A stretch of DNA of 48,087 bases, from the NCBI GenBank assembly GCA_903930015.1, contig CAIYXB010000083.1:1-48087 (forward strand). The letters run 5' to 3'. This document shows, one piece after another, positions 1-8,824 of this stretch. The notes below the pieces were generated by a model. That model did no database searches, was not told the origin of the DNA, and saw only the letters and a program-made list of their open reading frames with translations. Origin of the DNA: an uncultured bacterium (GTDB taxonomy: Bacteria > Cyanobacteriota > Vampirovibrionia > LMEP-6097). How positions within the stretch are numbered: position 1 is the stretch's first letter; each line of letters starts with the position of its first letter. The translations under genes were made by a program, and so were the position numbers.

Positions 1-60
1 GTTTTGTGTTTTTGTTTAGACCTGTTTTAGCTCAAGTTGCACTTTCGCAACAGGTCTAGT
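1..60 (-). repeat. Family-1 ~59-nt hairpin element, copy 1 (reverse orientation; may be cut by the window edge)
   Basis: The reverse complement of 1-60 matches 8712-8770 at all but about 3-4 positions by eye. Core stem is tagacctgtt (17-26) with aacaggtcta (49-58). It lies directly 3' of minus-strand ORF 56-247, whose TAG stop is inside the stem. Confidence 0.8.
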
Positions 61-247
61 ATCTATCTGTTAAAAACTTTCGAAAATAATGTGACATATT
101 CTCTTTATAGTAAGGATCCTCAAGGATTTCAGCAAAGATTTGAAATATATTTTCTTTATCAGAAATATTTTTATCTTTGTAAAGATCTTTTATTCTCTCT
201 AAAGTTTGAGATATTTTTATTGATTCTTCTGGTGTATAGTCAGACAT
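56..247 (-). CDS. Small hypothetical protein (63 aa, charged, helical-looking)
   Basis: Its composition looks more protein-like than the overlapping plus-strand ORF 37-249, which is low-complexity. It lies downstream of rluD on the same strand. No recognisable motif. Confidence 0.4.
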   Translation of the reverse strand: MSDYTPEESIKISQTLERIKDLYKDKNISDKENIFQIFAEILEDPYYKENMSHYFRKFLTDRY

Positions 248-304
248 AATAAATCACTTTGATTTATACAAAGAAAAACTCAAAACTTATTTACAATAAT
301 CTTC

Positions 305-1249
305 TTAAGTCGATCTTAATATTGTAAGTACTTTTTGAAAATCATTAGCTAGTTCAGTTTCAAAAAACATTTTTCTATTGTCTCTTGGATGATCGAAGCT
401 AATTCTCTTTGCATGAAGCAAGGGTCTTTCTATTTTAATATGATTAGATTTCTTTGCACCATAAGTAAGATCACCCAAAATTGGATGTCTAATATGGCTT
501 AGGTGTACTCGTATTTGGTGTGTCCTACCAGTTTTAAGCTCACACTCTAAAAAAGAGTATTCATTCTCTTTGAATCTTAGATTTTCAATTAATTTGACTA
601 TTGTTAAAGCTGTTCTGGATTTATGTTTTGTATCAGAGATAACAGACATTTTATTTCTTTGCTTAGGATCTCTACCAATTGATTTATTAATCTCTAAGCA
701 AGAACCCTGAATTTTTACTTTACCATGCACTAAACACTGATAAATACGCTTACAAGATTTTTCTTGAATTTGTTTTGCTAAAGATTCATGAGCTAAATTG
801 TTTTTAGCAACCAAAATAAGCCCACTAGTATCTTTATCCAATCTGTGTACTATTCCTGGTCTAAGTTTGCCATTAATCCCAGAAAGCTTACCATCAAAAT
901 GAAATAACAAAGCATTTACAAGAGTGCCATTGGTTACTCCTGGAGCTGGGTGGGTAATCATTCCAACTGGCTTGTTTACAACAATAAGGTCTTCATCTTC
1001 ATATAGAATATCTAATTTGATGTCTTCAGGGATAATATCAATTTCAGTAGAATCGGGAATCTTAATTGAAATATTGTCATTAATTTTGAGCTTGTAACTA
1101 GCTTTGACTTTCTTATTATTAACTAGAATATCTTCATTTTCAATTAGATCTTTGACATGAGATCTAGAGATTTGAAAATCATCATGAACTAATACATCTA
1201 AACGTAGTCCGACTTTATCTTCGTTGATTTTAATTTCTTGATTTTGCAT
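305..1249 (-). CDS. rluD: RluA-family 23S rRNA pseudouridine synthase (RluD-like)
   Basis: N-terminal S4-like segment. Catalytic motif HRLDKDTSGL and C-terminal GRTHQIRVH. Overlaps lspA by 20 nt. Confidence 0.9.
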   Translation of the reverse strand: MQNQEIKINEDKVGLRLDVLVHDDFQISRSHVKDLIENEDILVNNKKVKASYKLKINDNISIKIPDSTEIDIIPEDIKLDILYEDEDLIVVNKPVGMITHPAPGVTNGTLVNALLFHFDGKLSGINGKLRPGIVHRLDKDTSGLILVAKNNLAHESLAKQIQEKSCKRIYQCLVHGKVKIQGSCLEINKSIGRDPKQRNKMSVISDTKHKSRTALTIVKLIENLRFKENEYSFLECELKTGRTHQIRVHLSHIRHPILGDLTYGAKKSNHIKIERPLLHAKRISFDHPRDNRKMFFETELANDFQKVLTILRST

Positions 1250-1676
1250 TAAAACCGTACTCCAATACTAACAAAAAAACACCCATATTTAAAAAACAAT
1301 CTGCCAAATTAAAAATCGCAAAATCAATAAAAGTTGGATTAATAAAATCTATCACATAGCCTTTAGTATAGCGGTCTATCAAATTCCCTAAACCGCCGGC
1401 AATGATTAGGATTGCTGGCAAATTTTTAAATAACAAATGACTATGATTTTTAATAAAATAAATTATAAAAATCAAAATAATCAAGCTATTAAGCAGAGTT
1501 AGAATCAAAGGGTGATTATCAAAAAGACTAAATGCAATACCTGTATTTTGAGAATATTTCAACTCAATAAAACCTGGCATTAGATCTAGCTGCGAGATTC
1601 CACTAGTTTCTATCCAATACTTTGAGTATTGGTCTAGAGCAATTAAGCTTAGAATCAATATTAGACTAATATACAC
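1230..1676 (-). CDS. lspA: Lipoprotein signal peptidase (signal peptidase II)
   Basis: 148-aa polytopic ORF with a GTG start. LspA-type motifs NTGIAFS, GGLGNLIDR and FNLAD. Confidence 0.85.
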   Translation of the reverse strand: MYISLILILSLIALDQYSKYWIETSGISQLDLMPGFIELKYSQNTGIAFSLFDNHPLILTLLNSLIILIFIIYFIKNHSHLLFKNLPAILIIAGGLGNLIDRYTKGYVIDFINPTFIDFAIFNLADCFLNMGVFLLVLEYGFNAKSRN

Positions 1677-2330
1677 TTATTTATTCTTAGCTTTCTTGTT
1701 TTTCTCTTCAAGCTTTTTAGAGCGAGTTCTCATTTCTGACAAATTCTGCATTGCTGCAATAGAACCCTTGCCTTGCATTTTTGCAGAAGAGTAAGCTGAA
1801 GAGGCTTGCATTAAAACATTTATAGTAAGCATATCTATTTTAGCTTCTTTTCTTTTGTTCATGCCCCAAATAAGTAATGGGATAAAAAACGCTAGGGGTG
1901 CTGTAAACATGATCAAAGAAGGATTTGTAAACTCAAGTGGTCTTACTGATAATGAAAAGGAGATACTAATTATTATCCCGAGTAAAGAGACAAGAAAGGG
2001 AATCATTTTTATCAAAGAAGTTTTTTGAATATTTTGAGCTTGATTTTGACATTTTTCAGCAATATTGAGAGCAAGATTTGCTTGCAATTTATCTCTCTCC
2101 ATTCTTTTTATTACTTCCAAAATTAAAGAGTCACTAGCATCCTCTTTCTTTTTTGCTATTTGATTTTTGATCATTGCAAAAGTTGAAAACTTCTTTATGT
2201 CAGTTTTAACCTGCCTACGGCTACCTTCAAAGAAATTACTGTAGAGTTTATCGAGCTTAACTAAATCATTTTTTGAAACATCCATATTAGGCTGTTGAAA
2301 TACTGATTTATTTTTCCTCATGGTCTTCAT
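1677..2330 (-). CDS. Hypothetical membrane protein (two central TM helices, Lys-rich tail)
   Basis: 217-aa ORF abutting the lspA start with no gap. Hydrophobic segments IPFLVSLLGIIISISF and FTAPLAFFIPLLIWG. No family recognised. Confidence 0.6.
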   Translation of the reverse strand: MKTMRKNKSVFQQPNMDVSKNDLVKLDKLYSNFFEGSRRQVKTDIKKFSTFAMIKNQIAKKKEDASDSLILEVIKRMERDKLQANLALNIAEKCQNQAQNIQKTSLIKMIPFLVSLLGIIISISFSLSVRPLEFTNPSLIMFTAPLAFFIPLLIWGMNKRKEAKIDMLTINVLMQASSAYSSAKMQGKGSIAAMQNLSEMRTRSKKLEEKNKKAKNK

Positions 2331-2405
2331 GTAGATAATAGTAGCATTCTGGCAACAACACTACTAGATGGCTATTAGGCTAAATTAACTAAAAGTGAGA
2401 TAATT

Positions 2406-2891
2406 TTGGATGCCCTGAAAAACTTCGTTTTTCAATTGGGCATACAAATAATTAGTGTATCCTTAAATAATATGGCAGTAGAACCAGCACAAATACCTAA
2501 AGAAAGATACAGCAAATCCTTTGAAAAACACCTTGGTGTTGAATTTGAAAAGTATCAAGATGGCTACTGCGAAGTTACACTTGAAATTAAAGATCATCAT
2601 CTAAATATTGGCGAAAGCGTTCATGGTGGAATTATTAACGCACTATGCGACATAGCACTATCGGGAGCAGTGACTTCTAATTTTGTCGATAAAGCAGGGA
2701 CAGTTGTTACTCTACAAATGAATGTGAATTTCTTAAAACCTGGTTTCTCTGGAGATAAATTAACTGCTTATGGAGAAGTTACTAAACAAGGTAGAACTAT
2801 TTTTTATGTAGAAGGCGGAGTTAAAAACCAGAACGGCGAGTTACTGGCAAGAGCAAGCGGCAACTGGTTTGTAAAAAGACCTCATGGATAA
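2406..2891 (+). CDS. Hotdog-fold thioesterase (PaaI/YbdB-like)
   Basis: Motif SVHGGIINALCDIALSGAV, typical of PaaI-type thioesterases. The ORF opens with TTG. An internal ATG at 2472 is an alternative start. Confidence 0.75.
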   Translation: MDALKNFVFQLGIQIISVSLNNMAVEPAQIPKERYSKSFEKHLGVEFEKYQDGYCEVTLEIKDHHLNIGESVHGGIINALCDIALSGAVTSNFVDKAGTVVTLQMNVNFLKPGFSGDKLTAYGEVTKQGRTIFYVEGGVKNQNGELLARASGNWFVKRPHG

Positions 2892-3729
2892 TTTTCAAGC
2901 CAAATTAAAAATTGGCAAAATTCTTTATCTATTGGTTTTGCTAACACTTGCAGCTATTTTTCTTTTACCAATAGCCATGCTTGTTTTAAGCAGTTTTAAG
3001 ACATCTGAGCAAATTTATAGCCCTAATTTCACTTTCATACCTGATCCATTTAGCTTACAAAATTTTATTGATGCTTTTAATAAAATCAATTTTCCTTTGG
3101 CACTATTCAATACACTCTACCTTGCATTTTTCAATATAATTGGTGTCCTCATTGCATCCTCACTTGCAGCGTATGCTTTTAGCGCGGTAGAGTGGAAAGG
3201 ACGTGACTTATGCTTTAGTATCACTCTTGCTACAATCATGCTTCCAGACATTGTTCTACTGATCCCACAGTTTATTTTTTTTAAAAGCCTTGGCTGGTAC
3301 GGGAACATGTTGCCTTTAATAATTCCATATTTTTGTGGCTTACCATTTTATATTTTTTTGCTTAGGCAATTCTTCATTAGTATTCCAAAAGATCTTGCAG
3401 ACTCCGCAAGAATAGATGGTGCTAGTGAATTTAGTATCTGGAAAGATATTTACTTGCCTTTATCAAAGCCTGCTCTTTTAATAGTTACACTTTTTCAGTT
3501 TCTAATCACATGGAATGATCTTATGAAACCCAGTATCTACCTAATAAATGAGCACCAATACAACTTGTCACTAGCGCTACATCAATTTCAATCTAAGCTT
3601 GGTGGAGCTCAATGGGGACCGCTTATGGCAGCAGTTCTTATAATGCTTTTACCTGTTGTAATATTATTTCTATTTTCTCAAAAATATTTTGTGAAAGGAA
3701 TTACAATGGGTGGTTTAAAGGAGAGCTAA
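2884..3729 (+). CDS. ABC transporter permease, carbohydrate (MalG/CUT1-like) type
   Basis: 281 aa, about 6 TM helices. EAA-loop region DSARIDGASEFSIWKDIYLPLSKPAL. Overlaps the thioesterase by 8 nt. Confidence 0.85.
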   Translation: MDNFQAKLKIGKILYLLVLLTLAAIFLLPIAMLVLSSFKTSEQIYSPNFTFIPDPFSLQNFIDAFNKINFPLALFNTLYLAFFNIIGVLIASSLAAYAFSAVEWKGRDLCFSITLATIMLPDIVLLIPQFIFFKSLGWYGNMLPLIIPYFCGLPFYIFLLRQFFISIPKDLADSARIDGASEFSIWKDIYLPLSKPALLIVTLFQFLITWNDLMKPSIYLINEHQYNLSLALHQFQSKLGGAQWGPLMAAVLIMLLPVVILFLFSQKYFVKGITMGGLKES

Positions 3730-3736
3730 ATTAGAT

Positions 3737-5290
3737 TTATAACTTAGGGTCATTTTTACCTGAGTTATCACCCCAGTTTTTCCAGAAAGGCTCCAAATCA
3801 CTTCTCTTTGTTCTAAAGAACCAATCACCTTCTTCAATAGCGCGTGAAGGCAGTGTAACTGATCCTCCATTTAAGAAACCTTCATCCACCGTTATATAGT
3901 AATCACGCTCAAAAACGTAACCTAGGACAGGGAAGATTCTAATCAAACGAGTACCAATACCATAAATTCTTGGTGAGGCTGCTGGAATGGTATCAATGAG
4001 TACATCACCAAATTTTTCAAAAACTCTCAAATTACCAGAACCTCTAAATACTGGATTGTCGTATTTTAATTCTATGTTAGAATCGATAGCAACATCAACT
4101 CTGTTGTTTCTAGGCAACTTCGTTTCTAACATAATTGGACCAGAACCAGAAGTTGTAAAGTTCCATGTAGTACTATCATTAATAACAAAAGGTGGATAAT
4201 TAAGGATCGGCAATCCTGTAAAATTCATATAGAAAGATGTAGCAGGCGGAAAATCGACTTTAGGATCGATTGTCATTTTGTTTGTATTAACACCAGTCAC
4301 CTTAAGTAATGAGCCTGTATTATCTGCTGTTCTACCAAGGTCATATTGTGCATAAAGACTACCATCAGATCTACGTATTTCTATTAATGAAGAAGCAGTA
4401 CTATAAGGTCCTTCATGATAGTCAGTCCATATTTCATTCCAAGACAAAGTAGGCTTTATATCAAGTCTAACGTCTGTCGCATCATCTAGCGGTTTTAATA
4501 TCGGAAAAGAAGATATACCACCTGTACATTGAGTTGAATTTGTACTGAAATTAATCTCAGCACCAGCCCAATACTGATTTCCAGCGTTATGAATACAATT
4601 GTTACTAATTCTTATATTGCAAGTTGTGTTATTAGGAAAAGAATAGGATTTAAACAGCGTAGAAGTACCTGAACCAGAAAATGTATTTGGTTTACATACC
4701 TCTGTTTGTGGAGCACTTCCAGTACAAGAAAGGCGAACAGTTCCTCCTCTATTATTCAAATCTGAATAAACAGGTTGATTAAAATTTAAACTCAAACCTT
4801 TTGTCAGACAAACATCATTTTCTCCAGAAAAAGGCGATGAACTAGTTAATGCCAGAGGTGATCTGGTTGAAAAATTCCAAGTAGTCGAATCTGTGATGGA
4901 TGTTGCATTTGCAAAACAAAATCTATCATAATTGATATAATAGTCTCTATTTAAACTCAAGGCAAGTGGAGTCGAAAAACTGGTTCCTGTTCCTGCTAAA
5001 GTTGAACACGAAATTGTTTGGACTATAATTCCAGAACCTACTTCGCGTAGTGTCATATTTCCAGTACTTTTGGTTGTAGGATCTTCAAAGCTAATACTTA
5101 AAGTAGGATTTGTTAGAACCCCAACCGAATTATCATTGGGAAAAACTGAAACTATGCCACGCTTACAAAATTCATAGTTTGGACCAGGTAAACATGAAGC
5201 ATTTGCTTGCTCTAAAACGGCAACACAAAAAACAACTATCATCGAAGCCGTAAGAAGAATCTTTGTTAGTAATTTATTTTTCTTATTCAA
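3737..5290 (-). CDS. Secreted Cys-rich protein with repeated Ig-like modules
   Basis: N-terminal signal peptide (LLTASMIVVFCVAVLEQANA). Two modules end in the near-identical motifs DSTTWNFST and DSTTWNFTT, as in SbsA/Big_5-type bacterial Ig domains. Many Cys residues. Confidence 0.7.
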   Translation of the reverse strand: MNKKNKLLTKILLTASMIVVFCVAVLEQANASCLPGPNYEFCKRGIVSVFPNDNSVGVLTNPTLSISFEDPTTKSTGNMTLREVGSGIIVQTISCSTLAGTGTSFSTPLALSLNRDYYINYDRFCFANATSITDSTTWNFSTRSPLALTSSSPFSGENDVCLTKGLSLNFNQPVYSDLNNRGGTVRLSCTGSAPQTEVCKPNTFSGSGTSTLFKSYSFPNNTTCNIRISNNCIHNAGNQYWAGAEINFSTNSTQCTGGISSFPILKPLDDATDVRLDIKPTLSWNEIWTDYHEGPYSTASSLIEIRRSDGSLYAQYDLGRTADNTGSLLKVTGVNTNKMTIDPKVDFPPATSFYMNFTGLPILNYPPFVINDSTTWNFTTSGSGPIMLETKLPRNNRVDVAIDSNIELKYDNPVFRGSGNLRVFEKFGDVLIDTIPAASPRIYGIGTRLIRIFPVLGYVFERDYYITVDEGFLNGGSVTLPSRAIEEGDWFFRTKRSDLEPFWKNWGDNSGKNDPKL

Positions 5291-5565
5291 TATTGATTCT
5301 TATTCACTAAGTTATTTATATATACTTTGTACAGTTTAGTATTAATAATATTACTAGTCCATATCGGCCATATTATTTAAATTTCTAGTTAATCTATACA
5401 ATCTAAGGGGAAATTAATAAATCCTTATCCCTTTAATCCACAGTAAGCAATTTCCATGTATTCTAAGTTATTATCTTTATTAATTTTATTTAATTTTTCG
5501 GATGTCAAAACCCGAGCATGCATAGATTTGTATATACATCATTCAAGGAAGTCCCCCCGAATATT

Positions 5566-5594
5566 AAAAACCGAGGTTCGAAGCCTCGGTTTTT
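5566..5594 (-). terminator. Rho-independent terminator of the lptD-like gene (symmetrical, A-run and T-run on both sides)
   Basis: Stem ccgagg(t)/(g)cctcgg with loop tcgaa, flanked by aaaaa and ttttt. It starts directly after the TAA stop on the minus strand. Confidence 0.8.
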
Positions 5595-7425
5595 ACATTT
5601 TTACGTTTAGTGTGTCGTATTTAATTGGCTCACCGTAAAGAACGTTAAATCCTAAGTCGAATTGATTTCTGACCACATCATAGCCAAGTCTAACTTTAAA
5701 ATCTTGAGGGCCTAATTCAGCTCTAATTTCATTTCTAACAAACCTATCTCTACTCATATTATAAGTAACAACAGTTCCAACTGAAAACCACTTATTTACA
5801 ATATAATCACCATCAAATATTACGGATTGGCTACCATCAATAAACTGGTCAAACAAGAAAGGTGATTGACCTCCAATCGCAGCAAATAGATAATCTATTT
5901 CAAAAGCTAAGTTATCTAACCTTGCTTGCAGTGCAGGTCCAAAACGAGCAATAGTGTTTAAATCGCCTGTATCATAGAATCTTACTGCAGCTTGTCCTCT
6001 ACCACGCAAGCTAACGTTATAAAGCTCATTTCCGTATCTCCAGACTGGTTCTGTATAGAAAGAAGTCTCAAGCTCTGTACGAAAACCACTATGTTCTTCT
6101 CTAGCAGGTGAATCATCTCTGACTACTGAAGCATTCTCTCTTGACTGACCTGGAAATAAATCTACATTATCCTTTGCCCAACCAGCCGCAGCATGAAATC
6201 TAATACCTCTTTCATCAATAAAAGGTAAATGAATTTTAAATTGACTTGAAGCTTCATAGAGCTGACCTACTGGGCTTACTCCAAAAATACTATCCCTCTT
6301 AAATTGGTTATATAGTGCATTTACTTGGAAGTATTTTTTTACAAGATCTTGATGTAAACTACCAATAAATCTATTCTCCAAAGAACCATAACCTAGCATG
6401 AGTGCAGTTGTATCCTTTGGTGTGTTAAAAGTACCAATAGCTCCTGCTCCGAAACGCGGACCATCACCTATTTGTAAGACTGGTACGAAAGAAAAAACGC
6501 CTTTATCAATTTCTCTATAAAATCTTGGACCGAAAAGAAATCCACCCAACCTCTCTGTATTACCAATAATAGGACCCTTAAATCTTGTTTGAGAGCCCTC
6601 ACCAACGGTGGTTGTGATGTGGAATGGAGAAGGTATGCTTAAATTTTTATTGAGCCAAACTCTTGCACCATTGATTCTGATATTGTTAGTTTTTTTTGTA
6701 TTATCAATTCTTATTTCTTTAGCTGTATACCTTAATGAGGATTTATCTGACAAATCATTCCAGTTAATTTTTCTATCACGGTTATAATCAGCAATCTCAC
6801 GGCTATATAATGTACTTATTTGAGTTCCATGGCTGTAAGCAACAATAGGATCATCTAGGGCAACCACACCATCCTTGAATGTAAGTTCGGTGTAGGGTTC
6901 TTTATTTTTTTGTTCAATTTGTTTGGATTTCAGTTCTCTTGCTTTTAATTTCATGCCAGAGAGAAAAAGCCTTGGATTTTGCATCTCAAGAGAGTTTACC
7001 CCAACATCAAAAGATGCATATTCACCATAGATTTCGTTTGTTTTTTGATTTACTTTTATGTTACCAAAGGCTTCAATTAATTTTTTTTCTGTATCATAAG
7101 TAATCCTGTCTGCAAATAATGTTGCATCTCTGTCAGGCAAATAGACTTCTGCATTACCTACTGCTTCATAAAATTTTGTCTCTTGACTAAAATTAATTTC
7201 ATCAGCAGTAATTTCGCCCATCAACTCTTTTGGCAAATTATCAACAACAGCAGATTGAATATAATCTTCTTTTATCTCAGAATTAATAACATCGTTAATT
7301 TTTACTTCATCAAGAGTTTCACCTTGCTCTGTTTGTGGAATAATATTAGTAGGCGCTGCTTTAGATTCTTTTGCAAGAACAAAAGAAAAAACAACAAAAA
7401 GCAAAATTAAATTTCTCGAATTCAT
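5593..7425 (-). CDS. lptD: Outer-membrane LptD/OstA-like protein
   Basis: Signal peptide. N-terminal OstA-like pattern (ITADEINFSQETKFYEAVGNAEVYLPDRDATLFADRITYD...AFGNIKV). Long beta-rich C-terminal region rich in aromatic residues and Gly. Confidence 0.55.
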   Translation of the reverse strand: MNSRNLILLFVVFSFVLAKESKAAPTNIIPQTEQGETLDEVKINDVINSEIKEDYIQSAVVDNLPKELMGEITADEINFSQETKFYEAVGNAEVYLPDRDATLFADRITYDTEKKLIEAFGNIKVNQKTNEIYGEYASFDVGVNSLEMQNPRLFLSGMKLKARELKSKQIEQKNKEPYTELTFKDGVVALDDPIVAYSHGTQISTLYSREIADYNRDRKINWNDLSDKSSLRYTAKEIRIDNTKKTNNIRINGARVWLNKNLSIPSPFHITTTVGEGSQTRFKGPIIGNTERLGGFLFGPRFYREIDKGVFSFVPVLQIGDGPRFGAGAIGTFNTPKDTTALMLGYGSLENRFIGSLHQDLVKKYFQVNALYNQFKRDSIFGVSPVGQLYEASSQFKIHLPFIDERGIRFHAAAGWAKDNVDLFPGQSRENASVVRDDSPAREEHSGFRTELETSFYTEPVWRYGNELYNVSLRGRGQAAVRFYDTGDLNTIARFGPALQARLDNLAFEIDYLFAAIGGQSPFLFDQFIDGSQSVIFDGDYIVNKWFSVGTVVTYNMSRDRFVRNEIRAELGPQDFKVRLGYDVVRNQFDLGFNVLYGEPIKYDTLNVKM

Positions 7426-7514
7426 ATAGAGAACTAATTAAAATCTTTTCATATTATCTGATTTAGTCAAATTTAGGGTCAGTACTCAGCTTTTAAAAGC
7501 TATAATATTATCTA

Positions 7515-8711
7515 GTGTTCATCAGGGAGATTAATCTAATAGGGTTTAGAAACTATGTGGAAGCCAGTTTAAAGCTGGATAGACAAAAAACTATCATCAT
7601 TGGTCGCAATGCCCAAGGGAAATCTAATTTGATTGAAGTGATTCAGTTACTTAGTCAATTTAAATCAAGACGAGCAAAAAAAGATTCTGAGTTAATAAAT
7701 TTTTCATTGGAAGAAGCAGTTATTAAAGTGAAAATTCAAAACACTCCTTCATCAACAAATTCGAAAGATGAAATTTTAAATTCTAGTTTTTGGGATGAAG
7801 AAACAGAAGATCAAAAAGAAATAGAAGAGTTTGGGTTACTTATTAGAAAATCCGGACGAAGAACTTATAAATTCAATGGCGCAAACAAAAAACCAAAAGA
7901 CTTATTACACAAAGTTCTTTGCGTTTCATTTATGTCAGAAGATTTAAATATTATCAATTCAAGCCCAAGCACACGAAGAGAGTACTTAGACTCTGTTATC
8001 AAACAACTTAGCAATAATTATTCGCAGGAGCTGTCAAAATTTGAAAAAACTTTATCGCAAAGAAATAGTCTTCTTAAGGATTTTGTTGATAAGGGCAAAT
8101 ATCACCCTAATAGCCTCAATCCAAGTGACCGAGCACAGCTTGGAGTATGGGATGAGATCTTTATTGAACAAGCCAATAAAATTACCCAGCAAAGAAAAGA
8201 TTTCATAGAAAGACTAGAGCCAGTAAGTGATGGATTCTATAAGCAAATCTCTGGTAGCGAGCACAACATTCTTAGTTTTAGATATACCGGAACAATAATA
8301 AATACTCAGGCACTCGAAGAACACTTGGCTAAAGATTTAGCCCGAGGCTACTGCAATCTAGGACCACATAGGGACGACATAGACATTCTGCTTAATGAAA
8401 ACTTAGCTGCAAGTTTTGCTAGTCAAGGTGAAAAAAGATCTATTCTGCTTGCAATGAAACTTAGCGAGCTAGAGTTATTAAAAAATCAGCACAATGATTA
8501 TCCAATTTTACTTTTGGACGATGTACTTGCAGAACTTGATGAGGATAGACAGGATTTTCTTTTAGATGCAGTCAGCTCTAAAGCACAAGTTATTATTACA
8601 ACAACTCATCTAGGAAAACACTTAGAAAAATGGAGCGAGGATTCTCAAATCGTAGAAATAGAAGCTGGCGAAATACTCAAATCAAACTCACCAGACCTCG
8701 CTAATGCATAA
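7515..8711 (+). CDS. recF: DNA replication and repair protein RecF
   Basis: GTG start. N-terminus IREINLIGFRNY, Walker A GRNAQGKSN, Walker B region ILLLDDVLAELD. Confidence 0.9.
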   Translation: MFIREINLIGFRNYVEASLKLDRQKTIIIGRNAQGKSNLIEVIQLLSQFKSRRAKKDSELINFSLEEAVIKVKIQNTPSSTNSKDEILNSSFWDEETEDQKEIEEFGLLIRKSGRRTYKFNGANKKPKDLLHKVLCVSFMSEDLNIINSSPSTRREYLDSVIKQLSNNYSQELSKFEKTLSQRNSLLKDFVDKGKYHPNSLNPSDRAQLGVWDEIFIEQANKITQQRKDFIERLEPVSDGFYKQISGSEHNILSFRYTGTIINTQALEEHLAKDLARGYCNLGPHRDDIDILLNENLAASFASQGEKRSILLAMKLSELELLKNQHNDYPILLLDDVLAELDEDRQDFLLDAVSSKAQVIITTTHLGKHLEKWSEDSQIVEIEAGEILKSNSPDLANA

Positions 8712-8770
8712 ATAGACCTGTTGCGAAAGTGCAACTTGAGCTAGAACAGGTCTAAACAAAGACACAAAAC
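8712..8770 (+). repeat. Family-1 ~59-nt hairpin element, copy 2
   Basis: Stem tagacctgtt (8713-8722) with aacaggtcta (8745-8754), with an inner gttgc-gaaagt-gcaac hairpin and an aacaaagacacaaaac tail. It begins 1 nt after the recF stop. Inverted match to 1-60. Confidence 0.8.
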
Positions 8771-8782
8771 CGAAGGTTTTGA

Positions 8783-8824
8783 TAGAGTTGTTAAGGAAGG
8801 GCTTGCCCTTTTGCAACAACTCTA
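8783..8824. repeat. 42-nt imperfect palindrome ending at the start codon of the DUF721 gene
   Basis: tagagttgtt (8783-8792) pairs with aacaactcta (8815-8824). Inner pairing aagggc/gccctt. The motif gcaacaactct also occurs in the left arm of family-2 copy C. Confidence 0.6.

Noticed and set aside
37-249. Plus-strand 70-aa ORF
   Set aside because: Its composition is low-complexity and rich in Phe, Leu and Tyr. It fully overlaps the more protein-like minus-strand ORF, and its 5' end lies inside the family-1 hairpin.
5571-5589. tRNA-like T-arm string ggttcgaa
   Set aside because: It is the loop and stem of a simple A-run/T-run terminator hairpin. There is no acceptor, D or anticodon arm around it.
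5456-5638. 60-aa plus-strand ORF in the spacer between the lptD-like and Ig-like genes
   Set aside because: It runs through the lptD terminator hairpin and into the lptD coding region. It has no SD and a hydrophobic, low-complexity sequence.
1-8770. The 8.7-kb segment bounded by the inverted family-1 copies, as a composite transposon or invertible segment
   Set aside because: The content is core housekeeping (rluD, lspA, lptD-like, recF) and includes no recombinase or transposase. The repeats are only ~59 nt and each fits a gene 3'-end context. Dispersed repeats explain the layout better.
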